Assembly (NCBI GenBank): GCA_039588075.1
Contig: JBDHAL010000019.1
Span: 1 to 56,431 of the forward strand
Source of the DNA: Gemmatimonadota bacterium
GTDB lineage: Bacteria > Gemmatimonadota > Gemmatimonadetes > Palauibacterales > KS3-K002
Length of the DNA: 56,431 nucleotides
Direction: 5' to 3'
The notes below the pieces were generated by a model. That model was not told the origin of the DNA, ran no database searches, and was given only the letters and a program-made list of their open reading frames with translations. Shown here piece by piece: positions 8,973-19,183 of this stretch. Each line of letters begins with the position of its first letter. The first letter of the stretch is position 1. Both the position numbers and the translations under genes were made by a program.

Positions 8973-9965
8973 CTAGCGTGTCTCGTGAGTGCCCGGAGCG
9001 TCGGGCTCCGATCGTCGCGAGTCCATTGCCTCTTCGACTTTCTTCAGTCGCCAGTCGACCCCCTCCAGTAGTTTCCTGTTGACCGATATGAGGTCGGCTA
9101 TCAGGCCCACAACGGCCAGGAAGAACCCGGTTCCCATCAGCAACGCGGCAAGTATGAGTGATTGGATGTGGCCGCTTCCTCGGTCCGAGAAATAGAAGTA
9201 GAGAAAGCGCAGGCTGATCACGAAACCACCGCTGAACAGGATCAGGCCCTGGACGGCGAAGAAGCGGAACGGCTTGTAGGTCATGAAAATGCGAAGCATG
9301 GTCAGGATCTGGCGGTTTAGGTAGCCGGGTAGACTTCTCACCAGGCGCGACGGCCGCAGATCCTTGTTCGTCCTTACGGGGACGGACGTGATCGACATGC
9401 CTTTCTGGCCGGCCTGGATTATCGTCTCGATTGTGTACGTGTATTCGTTGAAGACGTGAAGCTTCATCGCTGCTTCGCGGCTCAATGCTCGGAATCCACT
9501 CGGCGCGTCTTGCACGTCGGTCCGACTGATGATCCGTGTAGCCCAGCTACCGGCCCGCTGGAGCAGCTTCTTCGCAGCCGAAAATTGCCTCATCTCGTTG
9601 ATCGGACGCGCGCCGACCACGATCTGGGCCTCGCCATTCAGGATTGGCTCGATCAGCTTGGGAATGTCCTCTGCACAGTACTGGTTGTCTGCATCCGTGT
9701 TGACGATGATGTCCGCGCCCGCCCTCAGCGACGCCTCGAGTCCTGCCACGAATGCCCGCGCCAATCCCTGGTGCCGCGGCAGGCGCACTATGTGGTCGAC
9801 CCCGCTCCGGGCGGCCACCTCCGCCGTTCCGTCCTCGCTGCCGTCGTCGATCACCAGCCACTCCACTTCGTCCACTCCCGGAACTGCCCGTGGTAAGGCC
9901 GAGAGCGTCACCGGAAGGCTCTCCTCCTCGTTGTAGCACGGGATCTGGACGATCAACTTCGCCAT
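8973..9965 (-). CDS. GT2 glycosyltransferase, DPM1-like (polyprenol-phosphate sugar synthase-type), two C-terminal TM helices
   Basis: IPCYNEE, IDDGSEDGT, NTDADNQY (DxD), VVGAR, D..SGFRA and a hydrophobic C-terminal hairpin. Confidence 0.85.
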   Translation of the reverse strand: MAKLIVQIPCYNEEESLPVTLSALPRAVPGVDEVEWLVIDDGSEDGTAEVAARSGVDHIVRLPRHQGLARAFVAGLEASLRAGADIIVNTDADNQYCAEDIPKLIEPILNGEAQIVVGARPINEMRQFSAAKKLLQRAGSWATRIISRTDVQDAPSGFRALSREAAMKLHVFNEYTYTIETIIQAGQKGMSITSVPVRTNKDLRPSRLVRSLPGYLNRQILTMLRIFMTYKPFRFFAVQGLILFSGGFVISLRFLYFYFSDRGSGHIQSLILAALLMGTGFFLAVVGLIADLISVNRKLLEGVDWRLKKVEEAMDSRRSEPDAPGTHETR

Positions 9966-10097
9966 CTGTCAGCAGGCCTATGTACGTGGGGCGGCGGGAG
10001 GGGGGGTGCCTGAAAGATGTGGCAAACGGTCACTGAACTCAATGGCAGGCAGAAACTTGCGCAGGTGGGGCGCAGGCCGCAGGCGGCGGTCTCCGGG

Positions 10098-10114
10098 TCT
10101 TGCATTTTGCAAGA
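10098..10114. promoter_or_regulatory. Perfect 7-3-7 palindrome TCTTGCA-TTT-TGCAAGA, candidate regulator binding site
   Basis: Read directly. Lies in the divergent region between the glycan operon and pilS. Confidence 0.45.
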
Positions 10115-10229
10115 GTTGGGCATATCCTTCTGCGTCGGGTCCGCCGGCTTTCTGGTGAACTGTATGAGTCTCATCGCTCGAATCCCCCGTTGTACCTTCC
10201 GATTAGTGGTCCAAACGCACTGAAGCGCC

Positions 10230-11990
10230 GTGGCGGCCGGCGAGCGCCACGCTGAAGAGACGAATCGAGTGAAAACCGCTGAGCAAAGAAGCGCTGCCGG
10301 CGAGTCCCCTGTGACGGAACCGAGTGCGGCGAGGGTTTCGAAGCCGCAAGGGTCCGGCGAAGGCAGATTTCCGCGCCGGGACGTGTTGCGCTGGATATAC
10401 CTGACGCGCATCGGTCTGGCGGGGGGCCTGTTCGTCGGAGCGGTCTTCGCGTGGACGGCGGCGTCTCCCGTCCGCACGCTGACAGCGACCCTGGTGCTGG
10501 TGTTCGCGCTGGTTCTAACGCCGGCCTCCTACTGGTACACCCACATACGGCAGCGGCGCGTCGACATGAGCTTCGTCTACACGCAGGCGATCTTCGACGC
10601 GTTGCTGGTGACCCTGACGGTTGATCTCACGGGAGGAAGCAACAGCGTCGTTGCGCCCCTCTACATCCTGCTGATCAGCGCCTACACCCTTATGCTGCCG
10701 CTGAGCGGTGGCTTCCTCGTGACGGCGATGGCCTGCATCGCGTACATAGCCGATGTCGTATGGGGTCAGGGAACAGCGGTCAATACGGTCGTCGGGCTTC
10801 AGTTGGGAATATTCGTTCTGGTGGCGCTCATGGTCGGAGCGATAACCACTAAGCTGACTCAGACGGGGGCGGAGCTGACCTCGGTAGAGGATGCTCTGCA
10901 GCAGTTGAGGCTCGATACCGACGACGTGCTGGGCAACATTCCGACGGCCGTACTCACCATCGATGGCGAGGGTAGGCTGGCCTATGCGAACCCAGCGGCT
11001 GAGACGCTGCTCGGCATATCAGCCGACGCCTGGCGAGAAAGGCCGGTCCTTTTCGAACTGCACCAGCGCTCCACAGAACTGCAGCAGATACTCGAACGAA
11101 CGCAGCGGTATCGAATGCCAGTGTCCAGCGCCGAGATCACGGTAAGTCGGAATTCCGGCGACATACCGGTCGGTATCAGTACTGCCGTGCTCGAGCGCAA
11201 GGAGGGGCCGCCGTCGGTCACCGCGATCATGCGGGACATCTCGGATGTGAAGCGGATTCAGAAGTTGCGTCAACGCACGGAACGATTGGAAGCCGTAGCC
11301 GAGCTCTCCGCCTCTCTCGCCCACGAGATCAAGAACCCGCTGGCCTCGATCAGCAGCTCGGTTCAGCAGCTCGAGCTCAGCAGCGGAGCCGACGACGACG
11401 ATCGCCTGTTGTCGCGCCTCATCCAGAGGGAGTCGGATCGCCTGTCCCGTCTGCTGAGCGATTTCATCGATTTCGCACGGATTCACATCGAGCGTTCAAG
11501 AGAGCTCGATCTGAGGAGCGTCGTTACCCAGGCGGTGGAGCTCATACGACAGCATCCTGCGTATGGCGAGGATACGACGATCGAAGTCCGGCTGGATGAG
11601 GAGCCCGTGATCTTCGACGGCGATGAGGACCTGATGCATCGAGTCGTGACGAACCTGGTCCTCAATGCGCTTCAGGTGGCCGAACCCGGCAAGAAGACAA
11701 CGGTCGCGGTGGAGGCTTACAACTCCGCCGGCCGGCCGGCTCTGTTGGGCGTCGATATCACGGACCCGGTGACCCTAACGGTAGCCGACGACGGCCCCGG
11801 TATCCCCGATAGCGACCTGAAACGCGTATTCGATCCGTTCTTCAGTCGGCGAGCCGGTGGCACGGGCCTGGGCCTGGCCATCGTTCACAGGGCCGTCCGT
11901 GAGCACGATGGCACCATCCTCGTGACGTCGACGACCGAAGCCGGCACTCAATTCACCGTGTGCCTGCCGCGCAAATCGCCCGCTACATAG
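10230..11990 (+). CDS. pilS: PilS-like sensor histidine kinase (multi-TM, PAS, HisKA, HATPase); true start may be somewhat downstream
   Basis: About 6 TM helices with a D.....LTGG.NS....LY pattern, PAS region, LAHEIKNPL H-box, NLVLNA, DDGPGI, FDPFFS and GGTGLGL; paired with pilR upstream of the pilin. Confidence 0.8.
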   Translation: MAAGERHAEETNRVKTAEQRSAAGESPVTEPSAARVSKPQGSGEGRFPRRDVLRWIYLTRIGLAGGLFVGAVFAWTAASPVRTLTATLVLVFALVLTPASYWYTHIRQRRVDMSFVYTQAIFDALLVTLTVDLTGGSNSVVAPLYILLISAYTLMLPLSGGFLVTAMACIAYIADVVWGQGTAVNTVVGLQLGIFVLVALMVGAITTKLTQTGAELTSVEDALQQLRLDTDDVLGNIPTAVLTIDGEGRLAYANPAAETLLGISADAWRERPVLFELHQRSTELQQILERTQRYRMPVSSAEITVSRNSGDIPVGISTAVLERKEGPPSVTAIMRDISDVKRIQKLRQRTERLEAVAELSASLAHEIKNPLASISSSVQQLELSSGADDDDRLLSRLIQRESDRLSRLLSDFIDFARIHIERSRELDLRSVVTQAVELIRQHPAYGEDTTIEVRLDEEPVIFDGDEDLMHRVVTNLVLNALQVAEPGKKTTVAVEAYNSAGRPALLGVDITDPVTLTVADDGPGIPDSDLKRVFDPFFSRRAGGTGLGLAIVHRAVREHDGTILVTSTTEAGTQFTVCLPRKSPAT

Positions 11991-12018
11991 CACTCTATAG
12001 CAGAACCGGAGACACGTC

Positions 12019-13386
12019 GTGAACAATTCCAGCCCTAAAATCCTGATCGTTGATGATGAACAGGGCATTGTAGATACGCTGACGATCCTCCTCAAGCGGG
12101 AGGGCTTCGAGGTGGTCTCTGCTCTTTCGGGCGCCGATGGCATCGAAAAGCTCGGGGAGCAACCCGACGTCGTATTGACCGACATCAGGATGCCCAAGGT
12201 GAGTGGAATCGACGTCCTCTCTGAGGCGCGTGCCAGGCATCCGGATGTGCCCGTCGTGCTGATGACCGCGCAGGCGTCACTGCAGTCGGCTATTCAGGCG
12301 GTCAACCAGGGTGCCTTCTACTACATCCAGAAGCCGTTTACGAATGACGAGTTGCTTGCCATCCTGCGTCGGGCGGCGGATTTCGGTAGGGTCACTCTGG
12401 AAAACCGCTCGCTCAAGCGGGAGATTCGCAAGCGAGATCGCTCGTCGCATTCCAGGCCGATCGGTCGCTGCCAGAATTTCCTCGACGCTCTCCAGGTCGC
12501 CGAGACTGTCGCGCCCACTGAGTCAACCGTTCTGATCCAGGGCGACAGCGGAACAGGCAAGGAAGTCCTCGCGCGCTTCGTCCACGAACTGTCGCAACGC
12601 TCCGAGAATTTGTTCCTGAGCATCAATTGCGGCGCTCTCCCCGAGAGCCTTCTCGAGTCCGAGTTGTTCGGCCATGTGAAGGGAAGTTTCACCGGGGCGC
12701 ACCGCGACAAGCAGGGCCTGTTCCTCGCGGCGAACGGCGGCACCCTGTTCCTGGACGAAGTGGGAGAGATGGTTCCTGCCACACAGGTCAGGTTGCTTCA
12801 TGTCCTCCAGCAACACGAGGTGATCCCCGTGGGCGCCACGGAACCGGTTAAGGTCGATGTTCGTATCATAGCCGCCACGAACGCCGATCTCGAGGAGCAG
12901 ATTCGCCAGGGCAATTTCCGCAGCGACCTTTTCTATCGGTTGAATGTGATCGCGCTCAACCTGCCTCCACTATGCGAGCGGCGCGATGACATCCCCTTGC
13001 TCGCCGAGAACTTCCTAAACCGATTCGCCAGCCGTCGCGATGCGGATCCGCTGCGACTCACGGAAGAAGCACTCGATGCTTTGCTCGCATACGATTGGCC
13101 GGGCAACGTGCGGGAACTGGAAAACGCGCTCGAGCGGGCCGTGGCTATGGCTCAGAGCGAGGTGATCGACAGGGATGTCCTGCCCAAGCGCGTGATCGAG
13201 CCGCAGCCCGTTCCCCTCGTGACCCAAGGTCAACCGGAGAACCCGCCGCTCGAGATCATCGAGCGCGCCTACATCGAGTGGGTCCTGAAGACGGAGGGTG
13301 GCAACAAGACGAGGGCCGCGGAAGTACTCGGTATCGACCCTTCCACGCTCTATCGCAAGCTGGCCCGGTTTGAGTCGGAGAGCTGA
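12019..13386 (+). CDS. pilR: PilR-like sigma54-dependent response regulator
   Basis: REC domain (VDDE, TDIRMP), [38 protein letters not shown] and Fis HTH. Confidence 0.8.
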   Translation: MNNSSPKILIVDDEQGIVDTLTILLKREGFEVVSALSGADGIEKLGEQPDVVLTDIRMPKVSGIDVLSEARARHPDVPVVLMTAQASLQSAIQAVNQGAFYYIQKPFTNDELLAILRRAADFGRVTLENRSLKREIRKRDRSSHSRPIGRCQNFLDALQVAETVAPTESTVLIQGDSGTGKEVLARFVHELSQRSENLFLSINCGALPESLLESELFGHVKGSFTGAHRDKQGLFLAANGGTLFLDEVGEMVPATQVRLLHVLQQHEVIPVGATEPVKVDVRIIAATNADLEEQIRQGNFRSDLFYRLNVIALNLPPLCERRDDIPLLAENFLNRFASRRDADPLRLTEEALDALLAYDWPGNVRELENALERAVAMAQSEVIDRDVLPKRVIEPQPVPLVTQGQPENPPLEIIERAYIEWVLKTEGGNKTRAAEVLGIDPSTLYRKLARFESES

Positions 13387-13396
13387 AGACCCTTCG

Positions 13397-15381
13397 CTAC
13401 CCGGCTTCCGCCTCGGTCTGGGCGTCGGTTCCGTCGCGAAGCCGCAGGATCGTAAAGCCGCGTTCCCGGTAGACCGGTGTCAAGCACCTCTGGACGAAGG
13501 CCGGGAAGGAGTCGATGCCGAGAGTCTGCGGCTCCGTGCCGCGGAGGATGTAGTAGCGGGCTGCCAGGTCGCTAACCACGACATGAGTGATTCCAGATCC
13601 CTCGAGACAGCCGGTGTCGGCCTCCGCCAGCGGAGCGAGAAAGGCCCAGTTGGTCAGCACGTTGTCCTGGATGACTTGGGGCTCGAAGTAGTACCCGCGA
13701 GCCTCGAACAGGAGAAGCACTCGCGCGTTCTCCGGCACCAGGCGGTTCGTCGCTTCGGTGAGTCGGTAGTAGTACGTGAAACCCGTCTCGAGGTACCGGT
13801 TCTCTGATACGGTGCCGGCGAAGTAACCCAGAACCTGGCTTTTCCTGAACCAGAAGTGCATCGATTTCGCGGAGGGATACAAGACCAGAACACACAAGCA
13901 GACGAGGAGCAACCGAGCCGCCCCGGCCGAAAAGAAGCGTTCGCTGGTTCGCGCGGCCACCAGAACGGCGACTACGGTGAGGGGTGCGACGGCCGGAAAG
14001 AGATACCGCAAGTTCGTAGCCGGGAACGGGATCAGGATCAGAAGCAGGTAGCAGAGCGGGGGAACCAACAGCCAGATCACCGTTCGGTTTCGGATGAACG
14101 CGATCGAGAGCGGGAGAAGAAGATAGAGCATGTTCATGTGGTAGTACGCGCCTTCGGGCTCCACCGTTAGGCGCCCCGGTGCGATGAACAGGTCTATCAG
14201 GTTGAAATGGAGGCGAGCCTGCGCCAGCGCGCTGAGCGCTTGGACGTTTACTACATCGGGAATCGCGGAGGTGCCGTAAAGGGAAGCCAGCCACGGCTGT
14301 AGCTTCAACTGCGAGAACAGCGGGTACAGCGGAGCCCCGATGACGATCCAGTTCTTCACCAACCACGGGGCTCCGGCGGCAACGGCCAACAGAGCGAACA
14401 GTGACAGGGGTCGGATCGAGGCGCCAAGCGAACGGCAATGGGAACGTGCCGTCCAGATGATCAGTGGGCTGAGGGCGGCTGAGTAAGCCAGTGCGTGGTA
14501 CTTCGTACCGATGGCGAACCCGAGAATCAGGCCGGACAGGTAGAACAGCGACAAACGCGAGGGCTCCGCTAGCGCGATCAGCAGCGCGTACTGAGCCATG
14601 AATAGGTAGAACGCCAGCGTTACATCGATCCGGGGGGTGATGGCGACGAGCAGGATGCCGGTCGTTGCCCAAAGTTGTGTCAGGCTGAGGCTGGCGGTCG
14701 CGCCGCCGAAGAACCGTGCCGCAAGCGAGAACATGGCGAGCGCCAACAGAAGCGCGAAGCACGTGGGAGGAAGACGCGGCCTTCCTCGAGGAATAGGCGC
14801 GGCACCTCCAGGTGGTACATCAGGCTGTCCCAGTCGGCCGGCGGAGCACTGGCCTGGATCGCGAGAGCGATGGCGACGACGCCGAACACGATCGCAGCGA
14901 GTATCAAGTAGGCCGGGTGTTCGCTCTGAGATCTCACCTGGCCGATGGCTCGCGCCCAAAGACTTGGAAGCTCAGCGAGTTCGCGTCGCGCGGTCGCGGC
15001 CGCGACGATAGGAACGAGAATGACGACGGGCCCGTTCAGAACGGAGGCCAACCCGCAGGCGAGGTAAGAGGTGGAGATGAGCGCCGCGCCGACGGCGGTG
15101 CAAAACCCGATTTCCTCCAGCGGTTGCTCCCACGCCAGTCGGAAGCGGGCGAGAACGAATCGGCCGATGGCGGTGGACGCGGCCAGCAGCAGGACGGCGA
15201 CGAAGATACCGAAGACGTGGTCAAAAACGGCGAGCGGGCCGGTGTAGGTGGCGCCTTCAGGTTGCAGGTAAAAGTGGACGGCACCCGTAACGAGAAAGAG
15301 AGCCGCGGCGAGAGGACCTGCCGGACGAAGGCGTCGGGGGCGCTCGACGTTGCTCGAACTGCTCTGAGGGTCGGGGGCCAC
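13397..15381 (-). pseudogene. GT-C-fold (ArnT/GT39-like) membrane glycosyltransferase split by a frameshift near 14765
   Basis: N-half (ORF 14680..15381) is polytopic and ends with DWDSLMYHLEVPRLFLEEGRVFLP. The hydrophobic sequence continues in another frame (ORF 13397..14959) as TCFALLLALAMF..., then GTKY, PWLVKNW...GAPLYP and RYLFP. Confidence 0.75.
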
Positions 15382-15506
15382 GTGTCGGTGCCTCTCTTGC
15401 AGTGGAGTGAAGCTTGGTCGGCGGGGGTGATGGGAACCTTGAAGATAGGGTGGTAGTAGGAAATGGCAATCCTCGCCCAGCGAATTCGCGATGACATGTA
15501 TGGGAG

Positions 15507-17564
15507 ATGTTGATGGCCCCTAGTCGGTCTGGGTGGCTCAAGTTCGCTTTGCCGGGGCTGGCAGTTGCGCTCGGCCTGTTGGCTTTCTTGCCCTGGGCGA
15601 GTTGGCTGGGCTTCGCCGGGTCGATCGAGATGGCGGCTTATCGGACCGTGCTTAGAGAGTGGAGCCTCTGGACGTTGGCGATAGTCGCCGGTGCGCTACT
15701 CGCGGCCCGGGTTTCGGGCGGACGGGTTGGTGAACGACTCGACGGCTTGCAGGTCAAGCTCGAAGCCATCCCCGGTCGTAGCTTCGTGGCCGTGTCGGCC
15801 ATCGCCGTCCTGCTGGCGGCCTGCCTGTTGTCGGAAGCGTTGTTCGCTCGCCTTCCGCATCACGTCGACAGCATCGCCCAACTCTTCCAGGCGCGGATTC
15901 TCACGCGCTTCCACCTGACGGCGCCGGCGCCGGTGTCGTACGAGTTCTTCGCGTTCACTAACTCGGTGCTGCACGAAGGCCGCTGGTTCTCCCAGTATCC
16001 TCCCGGTCACCCGGGACTGCTCGCCGTCGGGATGCTGCTCCACGCCCAGTGGCTGGTGAACCCGCTGTTTTCGGCCGGCACGGTGATACTTCTCTACGGA
16101 GCGGCACGCCGTCTACTCGGTGAGGGTAGCGCCAGGCTCGCGGCGGTACTTTACGCCATCTCGCCGTTTGTGCTCTTCATGAGCGCGAGCCACATGAACC
16201 ACGTGACGGCGGCGTTCTTTCTCGCCTTGGCCCTATACGCCAACACGCGGGCGACTGGAGGCGAGCGAGAGCTCCGCTGGCCGCTGGTGTTAGGGGTCGC
16301 CCTTGCGATCGCCGGCACTATTCGCCCGCTCGATGCTCTAGCATGGGCTGCGGTGCTGGGCAGCTGGTTATTGATCGAGCGCGGTTGGAGGGTTGCGCTC
16401 ATCGCGGGAGCCGTCTGTGTGGCCGGGCTGTTGCCTCTCTTTGCTTACAACGGACTGACCACCGGGAATCCGCTTCGCTTCGGCTATACACTCTTGTGGG
16501 GATCCGGTCATGGACTCGGTTTCCACATCGATCCATGGGGCGAGCCCTTCACGCTCCTGAGATCGCTCGCGGAAACGGCGTCCGACTTCCAGTTATTTAA
16601 TGCGGCTTTGTTCGGCTGGCCGGTCCCATCGTTCGTATTGCTGATTCTGGCGCTCGTGGCGGCTGGCACCGACCCGCGCTTGCGCAAAGCGTGCGCTCCG
16701 CTGATCGCATTGCTGTTGGTCGTACCGCTGGGGTATTTCTTTTACTGGCACAGGGATCAGTTCCTCGGACCTCGCTTCCTGTATGCGTCGATCGTTCCGG
16801 CGGTCATGCTGAGTGCGGCCGGGATCGCCGCGGTCGATCGGCGGTTGGGGCACTGGCGCGAGGCCTTCCGGATGGCTCTGCTCGCGAGCCTGTTCATCGG
16901 GCTGGGCGTCAAGTTTCCGGTCACCGCCGGGACGCTCGCCGGGTTGAACCCCGAATTCAAGTTTCGTCCAGAGGAACAGGCGCGGCAGGCCGGCCTGAGC
17001 GATGCCGTCATCTTCGTGAAGGTCGGTTGGGGCACTCGATTGGTGGCACGCATGTGGGGCTGGGGCATCTCAGCACCTGAGGCGGAGCAGACGTATCGCA
17101 CGGTCGACGGATGCCGGCTGCAGATCGCGCTCGACGAAGCTGACTCACTCGCCCTGGCCGGGGCGGATTCGGCTCGGGTTCGGCAAGAATTGGAGCAGCG
17201 GCTCGGTGAGTGGCGCGGCGAGAGGCTGCCCGTGATCCGGGGTTATTTCCCCGACCCAAGCGTTCGAGTTGACACAACACACCCGATTGTTGCTCGCTGT
17301 CGACAAGAGCTAGAGCTGGACCTGACGGGCTACACTCACTACGCGACTCTCGTGTGGCGCAACGATCCCTGGCTGCAGCGCGGATTGGTGTTCGCTCGAC
17401 TTCTCGACCCGGCACGCAACGAGATGCTGATGGCTCGATATCCGGATTTCGATCATTTCCTCTACGCTCCGGCGGCACCGGAGCGCGGAGTTCGACCGGA
17501 TCTCCGGCGACTGCGTGAGGAGAAGCCCGAGATGCCCGATGCCGAAGCAGAGGGCGGCAGATGA
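15507..17564 (+). CDS. GT-C-fold (ArnT/PMT-like) membrane glycosyltransferase
   Basis: Many TM helices; first-loop PHHVDSIAQLFQA, GRWFSQYPPG, SPF, RPLDA, GPRFLY; soluble C-terminal domain. Confidence 0.75.
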   Translation: MLMAPSRSGWLKFALPGLAVALGLLAFLPWASWLGFAGSIEMAAYRTVLREWSLWTLAIVAGALLAARVSGGRVGERLDGLQVKLEAIPGRSFVAVSAIAVLLAACLLSEALFARLPHHVDSIAQLFQARILTRFHLTAPAPVSYEFFAFTNSVLHEGRWFSQYPPGHPGLLAVGMLLHAQWLVNPLFSAGTVILLYGAARRLLGEGSARLAAVLYAISPFVLFMSASHMNHVTAAFFLALALYANTRATGGERELRWPLVLGVALAIAGTIRPLDALAWAAVLGSWLLIERGWRVALIAGAVCVAGLLPLFAYNGLTTGNPLRFGYTLLWGSGHGLGFHIDPWGEPFTLLRSLAETASDFQLFNAALFGWPVPSFVLLILALVAAGTDPRLRKACAPLIALLLVVPLGYFFYWHRDQFLGPRFLYASIVPAVMLSAAGIAAVDRRLGHWREAFRMALLASLFIGLGVKFPVTAGTLAGLNPEFKFRPEEQARQAGLSDAVIFVKVGWGTRLVARMWGWGISAPEAEQTYRTVDGCRLQIALDEADSLALAGADSARVRQELEQRLGEWRGERLPVIRGYFPDPSVRVDTTHPIVARCRQELELDLTGYTHYATLVWRNDPWLQRGLVFARLLDPARNEMLMARYPDFDHFLYAPAAPERGVRPDLRRLREEKPEMPDAEAEGGR

Positions 17565-19183
17565 GGGCTTCGCTCACTTCCGATCGGGCGATGAGAATCG
17601 CGGTGGCCCTCGGCGTCGGGGTCGTCGTCGCGGCAATCGGCATGTGGGCGCAGAACGGATCGCTGGTCGGCGTAAACGTGGATGACGGCTTCTATGTCCT
17701 TTTGGCGAAAGCGCTGGCGGAGGGCGAGGGATACCGGCTGACCTACCTGCCCGTCAGCCTACCGGGCGTCAAGTACCCGCCGGTCTATCCATTGAGTTTG
17801 GTGCCCTTCTGGACCTTCGTTGGATCTCAGAGCGCCGCCCTCTATGCCATGAAGCTGGCCAACGGTCTGTACATCGGCCTGGCCGCAGGCCTGTTCGCGC
17901 TCCTGCTCATCGACCTGCGCTTGCTCTCCGTCCCGCTGGCTGGACTCGTGGCGCTGGTCGGGTTCGCGTCGGGCTCCGTCATGCTGGTGACCTCCGGTCT
18001 GCTGTCGGAGCCGCTCTATCTGGTCTTGCTGGTCCTCGCGCTGTGGCTGACCGATAGGCTTCGTGAGCCGGTCGCCACATGGCAATTGGCCGCCGTGGGC
18101 GTACTGGCGGCCGGCGTGGCTCTAACGAGGACCGTCGGCGTCGCCCTGGTCGGTGCGGTTCTACTGGCGACCTGGAAGCGCTTTGGTACGCGGCGGATGC
18201 TGACGGTGGCAGCGGCAGCCGCGATCACCCTCACACCGTGGATCATCTTTTCGCACATCGGGTCCAGTCAGATCCCGGATGTACTGAAATCCAATTATGG
18301 ATCTTACCTGCAGCTGTATCTGCTCAACCTCCAGGGCTCACCGCTGTCGGTGTTTGAGATCGCCTCCGTCAACCTGGACGCCATGCTCGAGACGTTTGGC
18401 GCCAAGATCCTTCCGCTTCGCGGCCTGATTCCTCGAATGCTGGCGGCCGCGGCATTCATCGCTTTTGCGATCGGCGGATCCAAGAAGGTTTTCCAAAACG
18501 CGACGGCTCTGGCCATTTATCCCTGGCTCTACCTCGCTCTGGTGCTGATCTGGTCGTTCCCGCCGTTTCGCTTCGTGTTCGCGATCTTTCCCTTGCTTCT
18601 GGCGCTGGCGGTCATCGGGTTCTGGTCGCTGGCGGATACGCTTGGGAATGCCGATGCGCCGCGGGGAGGGGGTGCCTTGGACCAGAAGCGACGTCAACTT
18701 CTTCGCCGGCTCGCCCTGGCTGTTGGGTTGCTCGTCTTCGCCAACATCGCTTTTCGCGAGGGCCGGTCGCTTGTGCGCAGGGTCTGGGACGGTGCGCAGT
18801 TGCACAAGTCCGCCGTCAGCGCCGAGGTCATTGACTGGGTGCTCGCGAACACCGATTCCAGTACCGTGATTGCTTTTGAGTTCGACGCCTTGATCGCGCT
18901 GCACACCGGTCGCCCGGCCGTTCCCAACAGCAACGACCCCGTCCACATCTGGTATCGTCGAACCGACGCCCCGGCCGCGGCAACGGCGCGGCTGCTCAGC
19001 GAGATGAACGTGACGTACCTGGCGGTCAGGCGGGACGTTCCGGCGGCAGTAGCACCTATCGAAACGTTGATGGAGGTCTATCCGGGCAGCCTGGAGCTGA
19101 TACACGTGACTCCAGGGGCGGCATTGATTCTCGAAGCGAACCTGGATGCGTTGAAAACCGAGGAGCGAGGAGTGATCTGGTGA
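17561..19183 (+). CDS. GT-C-fold membrane glycosyltransferase
   Basis: First-loop acidic motif VDDGFYVLLAKALAEGEGY, KYPPVYP, LLSEPLY, LTRTVG; many TM helices; ATGA-coupled to the previous gene. Confidence 0.75.
   Translation: MRASLTSDRAMRIAVALGVGVVVAAIGMWAQNGSLVGVNVDDGFYVLLAKALAEGEGYRLTYLPVSLPGVKYPPVYPLSLVPFWTFVGSQSAALYAMKLANGLYIGLAAGLFALLLIDLRLLSVPLAGLVALVGFASGSVMLVTSGLLSEPLYLVLLVLALWLTDRLREPVATWQLAAVGVLAAGVALTRTVGVALVGAVLLATWKRFGTRRMLTVAAAAAITLTPWIIFSHIGSSQIPDVLKSNYGSYLQLYLLNLQGSPLSVFEIASVNLDAMLETFGAKILPLRGLIPRMLAAAAFIAFAIGGSKKVFQNATALAIYPWLYLALVLIWSFPPFRFVFAIFPLLLALAVIGFWSLADTLGNADAPRGGGALDQKRRQLLRRLALAVGLLVFANIAFREGRSLVRRVWDGAQLHKSAVSAEVIDWVLANTDSSTVIAFEFDALIALHTGRPAVPNSNDPVHIWYRRTDAPAAATARLLSEMNVTYLAVRRDVPAAVAPIETLMEVYPGSLELIHVTPGAALILEANLDALKTEERGVIW

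Noticed and set aside
10000-10006. G7 tract upstream of the GT2 gene as a phase-variation site
   Set aside because: Too short to be significant in a GC-rich genome, and not placed within an identified promoter.
15385-15401. GG-N10-GC (CGGTGCCTCTCTTGCA) upstream of the GT-C operon, and a similar one at 24521-24535
   Set aside because: The -24 elements match poorly, such hits are expected by chance in GC-rich DNA, and the first overlaps the RBS of the opposite-strand gene.
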